Below, in pieces: positions 24,371 to 38,820 of a DNA stretch of 64,000 nt. Position numbers and translations under genes: made by a program. The stretch comes from Camelus dromedarius (taxonomy: Eukaryota). Location of the stretch: assembly GCF_036321535.1 (NCBI RefSeq), contig NC_087436.1, positions 90,894,001-90,958,000 of the forward strand, read 5' to 3'. Position 1 is the stretch's first letter. Each line of letters begins with the position of its first letter. The notes beneath the pieces were generated by a model. It was not told where the DNA came from, ran no database searches, and saw only the letters and a program-made list of their open reading frames with translations.

Positions 24371-26959
24371 ACCCAGTTTCTAGGATAATCAGCACAGCCT
24401 GCCTTACATCAGGCTCAATCATGCCCTCTTGTGTATAAGTGTAGCATAGCAGCTCTGACTTCTAATTGAAATACAAAGAACACCCACAAGGTGCCAGGGG
24501 CTGGGTGCTGAGTCCCCAAGCTGTGGACAAGACCTACGAGGTCCCTATCCTCATCGAGATTATTTAGGACTCTAATTATTGCAGAAGTTTTCATTCCATT
24601 TGAAAAAAATCTCTGTATAAAGATTAAGCATTTCATTAAATGGTACAAACAGCTTTATCTGTTTAAAAAAATAATGCCACTATTTTTTTAGTCTATAATC
24701 TTAAATTATTGATTCAGTTTGCCCCTAAACTTTTCCCCTTAACTTCTAGTGGTAAAAATTTCATAACACACTGGTTTAGTTTTATAGCTATTATTTACAA
24801 AGACATAATCCTCAATACAATGACACTGTGATGTTTAATTCTAAAGCTCTTATTTAATCTTAGCACTAGTTGTCATTGAGAAGCCTCCGAGGCTATAATT
24901 TCATCGTTTATGATTCCAAGGAAATTTTCCTTATTAAATTATAGACAAGGGACAATGCTTTAGTCTATGTTATTAAAATTGAAATTCCCTAAATCTTATT
25001 ATATATTCTTAACATCTGCATTTTTATGATTCTTATCTAAAGAAATCTTCTGAAAATCTCAGAGCTGACATAAATTCCTCAGATTTTACTGCCTGGCTCT
25101 TGTGGCTTTCAGAAAGAAGTGTTCCTGTTTTAATTTAAAGGAAGAGTTACTCAATTGTGATGGCTGCAGACAGATGACAAATCATACGGTCCAGAATGAA
25201 ACTTCCTGTAATAAAAAGCAAATATGCTAAGATGTAAACCATGGTAGGCAAATGTGGGAGAATTTGATTTCAACGAAACATTTATCAATAGCCATTCTAG
25301 CTTTTACACAAAGACTGTTGTTTCACCCTTAACAATTAAATCATCGTATCTCCGTATCAGGAGACTGTCCCCTCATTCTTAAGTGTGAAGGCCACTGGGT
25401 ATTTCTCATTTAATCAATTGCCCGATCCCTTCTACTCTTAATGTAAGAGTATTCTTATTCTACTTCAGTGTTTGGGGGTTGGGGGACCTCTAGTTAAGGT
25501 CAGTCCTATGAATGGTGACTCTAACCCCTCTTCCAAGTATATCAAAGCCCAAACAACCCCAAACAAACGTAAAATCTTATTTAAAACAATGAGTCTGCTA
25601 TGCAACGTGACTTTAAGTCAATTTTCCCAGTCTCTCCTTACAACCAAATGGACGGACTCAAAATTCCACTTACATTAAAAATCTACCCCCCCATTTGTAC
25701 TCTCAGACTGTGTATTATATATTTCCTTTAAAAAATGGATGATATGAGCATTTTCCAATTTGTCCTAAAAATGCTTTTGCCCTGTCTTTTTGTAGAGTCA
25801 AATATCCGGCTAAAATTATGAATGAAAGCTTATCAAATTTCAAGGCAGCCTTCATGGCCTGCCTTGCCCATGGAGGCCTGAGTCGTGAGCCAAAGTATCT
25901 GATCTGGCAGATATTCACTCCTACATGATGCAAACAAAAGGTCAGGCGACACTTTCGCCTGGGAGTCAAGCAGCCCACCTCAGCAGATACATCCAACACG
26001 TGTGGGAGCTTTCTCATCATGTCTGAGTGTGGAGGGATCCACATATGATCAAATTCTTTCTCCATCTGATCACAACACAACAGATGTGTATTAGTTAGCA
26101 ATTCCTACAATAGAGGTGGAAAATGAGCCACTGCAAAGCCCAGTTGTATTAGACAGAGTGTGGATCTGAGGAGAGACAGAGAATGGAAATCATTTTTACA
26201 ATCAATATTCCACAAGATGCCTAGTAACGTAATGATGACTACAAAATTAGCTCCTTTCTGAATCAAATTTGACTTACTTTTTGCTTTTATTACACACCCT
26301 GAACAAGAAACACTAAAACACACATATATATACACACGCGAATTTTCTGGGTGCCCCCAACCAGCAGTCATGAGCTCACGCAAGCCCATCCCCATCGCTG
26401 CAGTTGCTACTTAAAGCAAAAGGTCTTTCAAGATTTAGACTCACTGTCCATGTGAGGGCTCACAGATGTCTTCATGTACTGGGACACAGAGAAAGATCAT
26501 ATATGCACAGCACACTGAGGTGAACTAAAGGAGTTTTGAGGGCATCTGTGGCAGGCTAGTGGAAAGTTTTATTAATTTGTTTATATTACATAACTCAGAT
26601 AAGAAAACTGATAAAGTATTTTAAAAGATAATAAATTTTAATTTATATAAGATTTCCAAATAAAATCTTTTTATCTTCTGAGAAATTTGAACTGGATTCC
26701 ATGAGCATAATTTTTTTTTTCTATCAGGTTTTATGCTTGATATGGCTATAAGTAATTCTTGATAATGACTATAATGAAGGAGTCTCTGAAGGTTTAATAG
26801 TCACTTTTATAGGAAGCAAACAGGTTGTAATAACTGGCAGAAGAAAACGTGCTGCTTTTTCACTAGCCACAGCAACTCACTTTTCAGAATTAAATGGAAT
26901 TTGGGTAATAAGAGTTCATTACATTGTGTTTCAAGGATCCGACCATTCTTTCAGTCCAG

Positions 26960-29900
26960 CTGAGATGGAGTCAGAGGGCTCTGATTCACCTTTTTGACAA
27001 CTAAAAACCTGGGTAAAATACTTGAAACAAAGGCTCTCAAGACACAAGACATCAGACAGTGAAGGACATGTATCCCTGAGAGATGGAGAACAAGAACGTG
27101 AGCTCTACCATTGTCCCAGCCCGGAGAACGGCTCCACACTGCAGTGCAGGGAAAGGAAACAGAGGCAGAGACCCACGGTCTTCCTGTGCTGAGGGGTAGG
27201 CACCCAGGGAAGACATGGTAGCTAGAGTTTGCAAGGCAGAGCATCACAGAGAAGCTAGAGGCACAGAGAGAGAACGCTAAGGACCTGAAGCGTGTACCCC
27301 TGGAGTATTCAGCTGAGTATTGATCTGCACAACAGGTAAGAAACTGACCTGATGCTGAGAGAACCACCTGAAAGGATCAGAGGGAACAGTGTCTGAGGCA
27401 CTCACAGAGACAGACATAGTTCCTGTTCCCACAACTAGAAGAGAAAAATATAATTCATGAGGTAAGGCTATAATACCACTAAGAAGGTTCTTGCTTTAGT
27501 AGGAGGGAAAATTCACTAGAAAAATCCCTACTCTACTCCTCCCTTAAAAAACTTAAAAGCAAGATCCAAAGAGAGAAACTTTTTCTAAGTAGCTTTGCCA
27601 TGTCCCATAACAAATCTCAAGGATAGTTTTAGAAAATAATAATATCTAGCAAAATTCATGATGTGAAAATGAAATGACAACTTACCAGAAATGCAAATAA
27701 GCAGGAAAATATGACCATAATGAGGAGAAAAATCGATCAATCAAAAGAGAATCTGAAATAACATAAATAATAAGCTTAGTAGACAAGGACATTAAAAAGT
27801 TACTTTAACTATATTCCATATGTTCAAGAAACCAAAGGAAAGAATGAAGATGTTAAGTAGAGACATGGACAAAAATAAATCTAAAACTCCAATTAAATTT
27901 TTAGAGATGAAAACTATACTGCATGAGATGGAAACTACCCTGTATTTCATTACGTCACAAAACATGTCTTAAGAACTTTAAGAAGACTGAAATTATATCA
28001 AATGTCTTTTCTCACCACAATAGAATGAAACTAGAAATCACAACAGAAGGAAAATTCACAAATATGTGGAAATCAAATACTACTCTCCTGAATAACGAAC
28101 AGGTCAAATAAGAAATAAAGAGAAATCAGAAAATATCTTGAAGAAAATGAAAATGAAAACACAACATATCAAAACTTACAGGATGCAACAAAAGTAGTTC
28201 TAAGAAGGAATAATAATAATAATGATGATAATAATAATAATAATAATGTAGCAATAAATGCCTACGTTAGAAAATAAAAAAAGATCTCAAACAAACAATC
28301 TAACTTTACACCTCAAAGAACTAGAAAAAGAAGACTATACCAAGCCCAAAGTTAGGAGAAGAAAGGAAATAATAATGATTAGAGCACTTCAAAATAAACA
28401 AAAGGGAAAATGGAAAACTACAGGCCAATATCTCTGATGAACTAGATGCAAAAATCCTAAACAAAATACTAGCAAACTGAATTAAACAGCATATTTTAAA
28501 AATTATATGTCATGACCAGGTGGGATTTATCCCTGAGATGGTACAAAATAAGCCAATCAATTAATGTAACATACTACATTAACAGAATAAAGGATTAAAA
28601 TCATATGATTATTGCTGCAACACAGAAAAGTTATTTAACAAAATTCAACACCCTTTCATGATAAACATAGCTTAACAAACAAAGCATAGAAGAAATTTAC
28701 CTCAATATAATAAAGTTCACTTATAAAAACTCAAAGCTAATATCATATTCAAAGGTGAAAAACTGAAAGCTTTTCTCCTAAGATCATTAACAAGGCAAAG
28801 ATGCCTACTCTTGCCACTTCTAAACATATTACTAGAAGTCCTAGTGAGAGTAACTGAGCAAGAAAAATTAAAAAGTAAAATATGAAAAAATAAGAAAATT
28901 ATCTGCTGGCCAGATGACCTGATTCTATATGCAGGAAACTCTAAAGACTCTACCAAAAAAACCCCAAACAAACTATTAGAATAAATGAATTCAGTAAAGT
29001 TGCCAGATATAAAATCAACATTTAAAAAATCAGCTGCATTGTCTACAGTAACAAAAACTATCTAAATAGGGAAATTAAGAAAACAATCCCATTCACAAGA
29101 GTACCAAAAAGAATAAAATACTTAGGAATAAACTTAACCAAGCAGATGAAAGACTTATACATGGAAAACTACAAAAAAGTGATGAAAGAAAGAAGACACA
29201 AATAAATGGAAAGACATCCCATGTTAATGGACTGGAAGACTTAGTATTGTTAAAATGTCCATACTATTGAAAGCAATCTACAGATTCAATGCTATCCCCA
29301 ACAATATCCCAATGGTGTTTTTCACAGAAATAGGAAAAAAATCCTAAAATTCATATCAAATCAGAAAGACTCCAAACAGCCAAAACACTCCTGAGAAAGA
29401 ACAACAAAGCTGGAGGCATTACATTTCTATTTTCAAAACATAATACAAAACTATAGTAATTAAAACATTATGGAAATGGCATAAAGATAGATGTATGGGC
29501 CAATGGAACAGAATAGAGAGCCCAGAAATAAACCACGCATAAGCAGTCAACTGATCTCTGACAAAGGAGCCAAGAATGCACAATGGAGAAAGAACAGTCT
29601 CCTTAGTAAATGGTACTGAGAAGGCTGGATATCACATGCAAGATAATGAAACTGGACACAAAAGTCAACTCAAAATAAACTGAAGACTTAAACATGAGAC
29701 CTGATATTGTAAAACTCCCAGAAGGAAACAAAGGGGAAAAGCTTCTTTACATTGGTTTGCAATGATTTTTTAACTACAGCACCAAAAGCACAGGCAGCAA
29801 AAGCAAAAATAAACTAGCAAGATTACATCAAACAAAAAAACCTTCTATACAGGAAAGGAAGTAATCAATGAGGGGCAATATTTGCAGACCATGTATCTGG

Positions 29901-32890
29901 TAAGGGGATAATATCCAAAATTATAAGGATCTCCTACGACTCAATAGCAAAATAACAAATAACTCAATTAAATAATGGGCAAAGGATTTGAATAGACATT
30001 TCTCCAAAGAAAGCATAAAAATGACCAACATGAAAAAGTGCTCAACATCACTAATCATGAGGGAAATGCATATCAAAACCACAATCTTGTCACACTACTT
30101 AGGATGATTATTGTCAAAAACAAACAAACAAACAAAAAAAGATAACAAGTGTTAGTGTGAATGTGGAGAAATCGGAACCCGTGGGCACTGCTGGTGTGAA
30201 TGTAAAACGGTGCGGCCACTGTGGAAAACAGTATGGAGAGAACTCAAAAAATTAAAATAGAACTACTATATGATCCAGCAATCTCACTTCTGGGTATATA
30301 TCCAAAAGAACTAGAATCAGGATCTCAAAGGGATATTTGCATCCCATATTCACTGCATCACTATTCACAACACCCAAAATATGGAAACATTCCAAGTGTC
30401 TATCAACAGATGAATGGATAAAAAATAACATGTGCTATATACATACAGTGAAATATCACTGAGCCTTAAAATGAAGGAGATTCTGTCAAATATGGCAACA
30501 TGGATGAACCCGGAGCACATTATGCTAAACGAGATCAAGCCAGTCACAGAAGGACAAGTAATACGTCATTCTACTTATACGAGGTATCTAAAATAGCCAG
30601 ACTCACAGAAGCAGAGACTAGTGTGCTGATTGCCAGAGGCTGCAGACAGGGGAAAAAGGAAATTGGTTGTTCAATGTGTATAAATTTTCAGTTACGTAAG
30701 ATAAATAAGTTCTAGAGATTTGCTATATAATATAGCACCTATTATGTTAACAATACTGTACTTAAAATTTAAATACTATACTTAAAATTGCAGTTAAAAA
30801 TTTTGTTAAGAGGGTAGATCCCATATTAATTGTTTTTACTGTGCAAAAAAAGGCAGGGGAGGGAACATATGGAAACTTGTGGAGGTGACGGGTATGTTTA
30901 TTTCCTTGATTGTGATGATGGTTTCACAGGTGCGTGCATATGCCCAAATTCATCAACTTGTACACATTAAATACGTGCAGTTTTTGAATATCAATCCTAC
31001 TTCAGTAAATCTGTTTTCTTTTAAAAAAACTTTAAACATAAATACATGAATAGTTTAAAAGTAAAAGAATGGAAACTATATTCTGTTTAAACACTAATCA
31101 AAAGCAAGTTGGATTGGTGATATTAACATCAGACAAGAAAGACTGAAGAGCAAAGATATTATTACAGGTAAAGGAGATCCTTTCATGATGATAAAGTGAT
31201 CAATTTATCAAAACTGCATAACCAACCTAAATGTTTTTGTACCTAATAACAGGGCATCAGAAGACATGAAACAAACACTGATAAAATGGCAATAAAAATA
31301 CATAAATCTACAGTAATTATCTGCAATATCAACATTACTCTCTCATTAATTGATAAAAATAAGTGATATAAAATCAATAAAGATATAAGAGACTTGAACA
31401 CTGCCAACTTTATCTAATAGAACAATCCATCCCCAAAATGGAATTCACACTTTTTTTCAAGTGGACATGAATATATACCATATTCTGGGCTACAAACAAG
31501 TGTTACTATAATTAAAAAGAATCAAATCATACAAAGGATATTCTTTGAACAAAAATGAAGTAAAGTAGAAATAAAAAACAGAAAGCTATCTGGAAAACAC
31601 CCAAATATCTGGAAACTAAGAATACATTTCTAAATAACTTATGGGTCAAAAAGAAATCAGAAAAGATATTAGAAAGAATTTTCTGCTGAATGAAAAAAGA
31701 TAAGACACAAAAATTTGAGAGATGCCATTAACTCTAAGAGGGAAAACAGAAAGCACTACACGTCTACATGAGAAAATAACAAAGGTTGCAAAACAATGAT
31801 CTCAGCTTCCACCTAAAGAAATCAGAAAAATAGGTGAAAATTCAACCTGAAGTAAGCAGAATTTCGGAAACAATAAAGATCAGAGTAGAAATCAATTCAA
31901 TGGAAAACAGAAAGCAGTGCAAAATCCAATCAGTCCAAAATCTGGTTCTTTGAAAAGGTCAATTAAATTAATAACCATCTTACCACAGTGATTAGGGAGA
32001 AAACAAATGAAGATAACAGTTCACTAATATCAGAAATAAGAGAAGTGAAATCATTACAGATTGCATAGATAACAAGGGAATATTATAAACAATGCTATGC
32101 CAATAATTTTGGCAACAGAAAATTTATATTTCTTGAAAGACTAACTATCAAGGCTCGCTCAAAAAGTAATCAACTGAAGACACCAGCAAAAATGGTAGGG
32201 TGAGGATATGCAAAAATCTGCCCCTCCATCAAAACAGAAAGAAAATTGACAAACCATCAAAATCAACTTTCTGAGAACTCTGGAGACTAATGACAGACTT
32301 GCAGCAACAGAGGGAGGGCTTTTCATTAAGTTGCTGGCTGTCAGTAACAGTTTTGTGTGTTTTAACTGACCCTCGTTTCATTCCCTGCTCCTGGATCAAT
32401 GGCAGCCTTGACAAAAACAAAAACAAAACAAAACACAAACAAACAAAAATCCTACATTCCCAGTACTATAGGGAGGAAAAACTGGGCTGGACCATTTCCA
32501 CACCCCCATTCCCAAAGAACAGCCCATTATTACTTAGCCTCTCTGTTTAAGAGAGAAGAATCTTTGAAGAAGTCACTTCAAGGCTTGTTTTACTTTGTCC
32601 AGCTCTGAACTCTCGCCTAGTGCTAAAGCCGTACCCAGGGGGAGAGAGGCATTTGTCAAAAACTTTGCAGGCAAATCTTTGGTTGCTTCTGACTGAAAGG
32701 TGATGACCATGACCAAGGAAAACCATGCTTGGGTCAGGTTTATCTCAGCAATGCAAGGTATATTTCACATTTGAAAATCAATCACTGTAATTCAACAACA
32801 GACCAAAATGAAAAACCATACCATCGTTTCAATAGATGCAGGGAGTCAAACCTAACATTCTTGATAAAACAAAACAAAGTAAAACAAAAA
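26960..32890 (+). mobile_element. Nested cluster of old L1 elements (L1MB-like ORF2 + 3' UTR at ~27950-31020 inside older L1M fragments)
   Basis: ORF2-like motifs throughout (FSHHNRMKLEI, aactacaggccaatatctctgatga, tggaaagacatcccatg, LLYDPAISLLGIYPKEL); 3' UTR ends at ~31020; endonuclease-region-like sequence resumes 31030-32170; many stops. Confidence 0.85.
28209..28247. repeat. (AAT)n microsatellite within L1
   Basis: aataataataataatgatgataataataataataataat. Confidence 0.9.
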
Positions 32891-35589
32891 CACTATCAGC
32901 CATTAGTAAAATGCCTAGTACTAGAGCTGGTTCAGGAAAATACAAAATGAACCTAGAGTATTTCTGTGTCTCGACTTTTGTGGCTATAATACAGTCCCCA
33001 CCCACTCTGCTTCCTTCTTCCTAAAACACAATCTGCTAGTCTCTTACTATGTTCATAAAGCTCAGGTGGTTCCCCATTGCTCATAATATCAAGGCCAACT
33101 TCTACGCATCATCTGCAAGGTACTTCATGTCATCTCCATCTCTTTCCAGATGAACTTTCTCTAGTTTTTGAAATATACCCTACTCTTAGCCGCCTGGGAG
33201 TCATTCAGAATTCCATGCTTATGGCTTTTACTTTCCTGCCTGCATACCTTTGTGCAAACTATTCCTGGGCTTACAGGGTCCTCCTCTGTATTTTCTGGCA
33301 AAATCCAGTTTTCCCTGATCTACTCCAGACTCAACTTGAATTGACTCTTCACAGGCATACAGGGTGATTTTTGTTTCACATACACATCTGATCATGGCAT
33401 ATCCTGCTGAAACGTTTTGTAGCATCCAGGTTTTTTAAAATTTTATAGGCCATAAATTCCAATGTGCCATTTCTTATTTTTCTGTAGTATATCTATATAA
33501 TATACAGCTTTAATGTAACTTTTACATAAATCTTTCCCTCAAGCCCTATTCTCATGAGAGTGGGAAACTTAAAAGTTATTTTCAGGTTCATTTCATTGTT
33601 TTAGTGGTTTCTTTTAGTCATTTCAAGTGTCAGTTATGGCATTTCTGAGTATTCCTTTTCCCCACCTTTGACCCAGGCTGGCATTTATGGTGGGGAGACT
33701 ATTGGTGTCTACATCAGTGGAGGCATCCGTTCTAGAGTCATTTTCTCTTCTGTGACTTCCACTGCACTGGTATCTCTTCCTGTGTGTCTTGGTCTTCAGT
33801 ATATATCCCCATTGGTGTCTGCTGAAACATCTTTTGTCCACTGGCTTTCATTTGCATGATACACGTTGACCAGAACACTTTTTCAGGCTCTCTATCAGCT
33901 AACTTCAGCTACTCAAGATTACACAGAATGACTGCTGTCTGAAGCTTCTCTGTGGCCTGCGGTAGACCAGGACTGTCATTAGGTGTATTTTCCTGTCAAC
34001 TCCATAGCCACCTCTAATGTACTATGCCACCGTAAACCTGTCCCCTTCCCTGGGTGACAGCCTGTTAAAACTTTTCTACCAAATTTGTCATCCAAAACCT
34101 TGGTTCAGGGGGACTTTCTGTTAGTCTTGCCATTCCTTGGGGCTTTACTTGGAGGACAAGCCACAGGTGCTTTCTATGCTCAGGTATCCCCAAACATAGT
34201 AGAGTATCTCAGTCTCAGGACTGAGACTACTTTCCTTTATTAGGATTTACTGGGTAATGTCTGTATCTCCACAAGACTCTTAGTTCACTGGGAGCAAGGA
34301 CTGTGTGTCTGTTTTCCTCACGTTGTTGTCTGGCACATAACTGGTAAATATTTATTGAATGGACAAATGAATGACTCAGTACACTTGTCCCTGTCCTTGT
34401 CAAAAACAGTCTTCTGTTCAATATTAAATATTTCTGATGGAAGTAACTTCTTGCTTTAATCTTGGTGTACAGAGCATAGCACATGGATTGCAAGAGGTGA
34501 GAAACACCAACTTGAGAGAAAAGGAAGACAGGACATGACTTAGTGCAATCAAAGCAGAATTAACCATTGTCAGCACTTACAGTGGGGACGGAACATACTT
34601 TTCTAGTATCAGAAACACATAAAGAAGTAAAACCACTGAAAAAGAATATATTTCATAAACATCCTTCTATGCTCCAATAATAGTCCCTGCAAGACTCTTT
34701 TATTATTATTTGTAGGTCTTTTTGACCACAGTAAATACACAATAGATTTTTGTTATATGATAAATTATAGTACTGGGGAGGTGTTAAAAACTTCCTTTGA
34801 AAACTACCTCAAGGCTATAGTGCTAAGAAACTGTCCCCAGTTATCACTCTGTGAGAAACTTTGCTGTTTGAAGTTATATCTGAGAATGGAACATTTCTCT
34901 CTTGCCTAAAATTTTAAGCCCAAAGGGTTTATTTGATCCAGAGAAGCAGGTTGGATTTACAGCCCAGGTGCAGAACTTTAGATAAGGAGTTTGGAGACAT
35001 AGCACTACACATTTATCTTATTTTTGTAGTGTCCAAGGAAACTTGAATCTGCCTGTTACCCCATGCTGGTAGTCGGATTGTAGTTCCTAACAGGACTGTA
35101 AATGTTTTTAATGGGACCTGGTGAGACCATGGGACTCTTCCTTTAAGTGACTGCTGCTTTCTTAGCAGTAACTTCCCCAACCCTGCTTCCTTCCATCCCT
35201 CTCATGAACAAAGATCTGCGATACTCAGTTCAAAGCTGATTCTGCTTCCTCTACTCCTTTCCTAGAATTACTCAGAGCAAGTCTGTATCTCATTAATATC
35301 TCCTTCTAGTCTTCCCTCTTACTGAGCAGCTCCACGGTTCCCCGTGGCAGTTTGCCTTTCTGCGTGTTAAACTTAACTCAGATGAGCTTACTGATTTTAA
35401 AAAAGCGCTTAGCTGACTTTGTGCTTGCAAAGCAGACGTTCAATAAATGTAGACTGGCGGAGAGAGAATGAATTCATACTGCTATTATAAGCAACAACTA
35501 AAGTAATGCTTATATATAAGCAACGCGGTCCTACACTCTAAGTCTTATAAACCCAAAGAATCTACCGCAATTCCACCTCTGAGAGATGA

Positions 35590-36240
35590 AGAGAGCGGTG
35601 CCGGGGCGATGGTCCACGACTGGAGACTCACGTCAGCAAAGGCTTCCTGTCTCCCAGAACCCGCGGGCACCGCCGCGCCCTCACCCGCAGCGAGCCCGGC
35701 GCGCGCGCATGCGCAGCACTCGCGGGCCGCGCCGCCGTCCCCGCCGCGCCGGGGTTTACATCCGGGTCCTTAGCTTCGCGCTCCGAGCGCCGGTTGGGGT
35801 GGCTCCGCGGTGGCCGTGTGTGGGCTGCGCCCGCCGTTCCAGCGTGGGAAGAGCCAGTGGGCCGGCCGGTGAGTCCACGGGCATGGGCGAGGAAGGGGAG
35901 TCGGGCGGAGACCCGCTGGTCGTTGCCCCCACGGTGGGCTTTATGCCGGGATGGGGTCGCCGGGCGGATCGGGGTCCGGGAGCCTGGAGGCGGGGGCCTG
36001 ATGTCCCCAGCCTGGCCCCCCGCAAACCTGGCTGGTCGTCCTCTTCGGAACTGCGCCTCCGGGAGGGGTTCCCTTCCTCTCCTCTTTCGCGGCCTTCTGT
36101 TGTTAAAAATTCCTGATGGTCATCCTGGTTTGCATGCCTTGCGGTTTGCGGAGTGATGGGGCGCAGCTGGCAGGCGGTGGAGGCGGGTTCGCAGGGCTCC
36201 TTCCTAGTCGGGGCTTGAGCGATCTTTTCAGGTCAGGTGC
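35590..36240 (+). promoter_or_regulatory. GNPDA2: CpG-island promoter of GNPDA2
   Basis: The only strongly GC/CpG-rich block in the window, ~3 kb upstream of the start codon; NRF1-type GCGCATGCGC at 35705-35714 and CRE/ATF-like TCACGTCA at 35628-35635. Confidence 0.9.
35750..35868 (+). other. GNPDA2: GNPDA2 non-coding exon 1 (start approximate)
   Basis: Strong donor CCG|GTGAGT at 35869 inside the CpG island; no ATG in this segment; TSS not determinable from sequence. Confidence 0.65.
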
Positions 36241-36727
36241 AGTGTGCTGTAGGGCAAAAGCTCGGAGCAGGGGCTCTGCAAGTCTAGGTTCCAGATTCTA
36301 GTGCAGGTTCTAAAAAAGCTTAGTGTAACCCAAGTCGTCTAGAAGCCCCCACCCAGCTTTAAAGTTCCTAGATTTGTGTTCGGCAGCCCTGTCTCCAGGG
36401 GATACACATCCAAAATGAATCAGCACCAGAGGAAGATGAGGGAACGGTGGTGCTGTGTCATTTTTTAGTGCTGTCGGGTCAAGATGCTGGAGAATGGCTC
36501 AGGGCCACAGTAGTTTGGATCTTTGAGGATTGCCAAAACTGGAGGAAAAAAACACATTTTTTTTTAATCTGACAAATGTGACAAAAACTTTCTACTTTAT
36601 TCTGGGTGAAGTGTTCATTTGGGACTTTTGGAAGTGAACTCTAAGCTCACCGACAAGCTTAAGAAAACAAAACGTGCCCGTACTTGGCCTGAGAGACTTA
36701 TTTGAACCTCTCTGCAGTGAAGTCATC

Positions 36728-36910
36728 TTGCATGGGGTTCTTTTCCAATGTATCCTGAGTGTAAGAATCACCTGTTACATTTGTAAAAGTGCAGATTCTC
36801 AGGACCCCGTTTCAGATCTGCTGAAACACCATGTCCAGGGAAAGGGCCCTGGGAATCTTTTTTAACAAGCATCCTAATTGATTGTTACTTACAAGGCACT
36901 TTTGAAGCAT
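36728..36910. mobile_element. MER5A-like hAT-Charlie DNA transposon relic
   Basis: agaatcacctg...gcagattctcagga...gggaatc...tttaacaagcatcc. Confidence 0.6.
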
Positions 36911-38820
36911 GTGTCTTTCAGTCGGATAGACCCTCCATTTGTTTAATAGCTTTATAACTTCTAAGTTACAGTTTTCTATATCTGAAAAATGAGAATAAGT
37001 TCCACACCAGAGACTATTAAATGAGTCTAAGCCCTTTGACAGTAGGATCCTTATCTTAGTCATTTTTGTGTGACCTTAGTGCTTGATAATTAATAGGCCC
37101 TCCATCACAAGTGTGTTGAACTGAGGAAGGAAACAGCAAGCCCAGAGCACAGAAGACACTTGGAACGCTCTAAGGCCCTTCCACCTCCTCATCTTACAGG
37201 ATTTTTTTTTTTTATTTGTACCAATAGTCATTTTGCTGAATGTTAGAAATAAGTATGTGTCTTTATGACCAAAACAGCCAGGAAATGTTTCTGATTCTTT
37301 CGTGTAACTTTGAAATTGTTTCTGGCATTAGATTATTGATGAATTTAAATCGAGGCCAAGTCCATTTGTTGGACTGAATTTATCACTTACTGTGTAAATT
37401 ATTGTCTGTAAATGCTATGTATCTCGTTACTCTGCCAGAATTTTAGATCATGGTGATTGCAAGTTTTTGTTGTTATGCCAGCATTCTACATTGTTATGTT
37501 CTTAAGGACATATTTAGATTACATATATTCATTGTGATAAGACCTACTACTCCCATTAATGTAAAAAGTTGACTTACTGCTGTATGTAAGGTTTGTGGGT
37601 ACAGAATTCAGGACTGCTGAAACTGTTTGTAAAAGGATTGGTCTGGGTGACGGATCTATTTAAATATAAAACTAAGAATTCAAATCTGGGAATTATGGTT
37701 GTAGAACACAGTATAAATGTTATAAATCTTGACAATATAAAAATAATATGTCATACAGAAATCAGGGGATGTGAGGAAATGTAAAAATGCAATTTTCACA
37801 TCTTTCCTGGTAGGAGGTCAATCCTCATTGTCTAAAATGGAATCATATAGTTTTTAAGTGACTGTGCTCTCTTAATATTTTTATAACATTTTTTCTTAAC
37901 CTTAGAATATTCTTTTAAGAACTGAAATTGCTTTGTGTGAAGAATTTTCATTTTCCCCAGAGATCAGCAGTTTCTTTAATTTTCTTTTGCTTTTGTTGAA
38001 TGCAGAAAGAATTAAATGTTAAGCTTTTTGTTAAAAATAGCATGTGTAGTTTGATCCCATTGTTAGAAATTATTCTATATATCTTATTTATACGTGTGCA
38101 TTAGATAGATACCTAGAATGATGTATAACTGATAGTAATGAGTATTATTTCTGGGTGTCAGGATTTGGGTCGATTTTTTTTTTGTACCTTTCTCTAGTGA
38201 TTGAAATTTTTTAAAAGTGCAGGTATCATTTTATAAAAACATTATTCAACAAAGGGAGATTTAGTTATTACATCATTCATAGGGGGAGTTCTGGATTTTA
38301 CTAAGTAACCCAAAAGTTGCTGAGTAATCATTAATACCATTAACTTGAAATCAATAAATGACTACTGCTTTGTTTGCCTTTGGTTTGGTTTATGTTGCTT
38401 TATATAGTATCCTTATGGAGGCAGTGCAGTGTGCTGTCTTTATAGTAAATTTGCCTTGATATAAATTTTGGCTTTGTCACTTAGTAACTGTGTGAACTCA
38501 GGAAAATTGTGTGAGTCCCTCTTCTCATCCAAAACAAGATGTGGTGTTTACTTCAGAAGATTGTTGTAAATATTGATATATGTGCTTAAATGACCTAGCC
38601 CACTGCCCAGAACCCAAGGTCTGTTCAGAAGAAAACAGCCATTATTACTATTTTTAAAGCACAGGTTGTATTTTTATACATGCATGAGGTTCTTAAGTAA
38701 TGTCCTTCTTAAAGCCATCAGCGCATCACACTTCTGTTTGACTGTAAATTACTTACAGTGCTTTGCAATGGACTTTTCTCAGGTTTGAACTTCTTGTCCT
38801 GGAAGCTGTGCATCACCACA

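Noticed and set aside
25715..26395. 128-aa and 96-aa minus-strand ORFs
   Set aside because: No recognisable homology or splice structure; lengths are compatible with chance.
27923..30715. Functional L1 ORF2 or domesticated reverse transcriptase
   Set aside because: Many stops, frameshifts and an internal deletion; only short peptide remnants.
35586..36301. Overlapping ORFs of 61-176 aa in the CpG island
   Set aside because: Arg/Pro/Gly-rich, expected from stop-codon scarcity in GC-rich DNA, and the longer ones cross the exon 1 donor; no recognisable domain.
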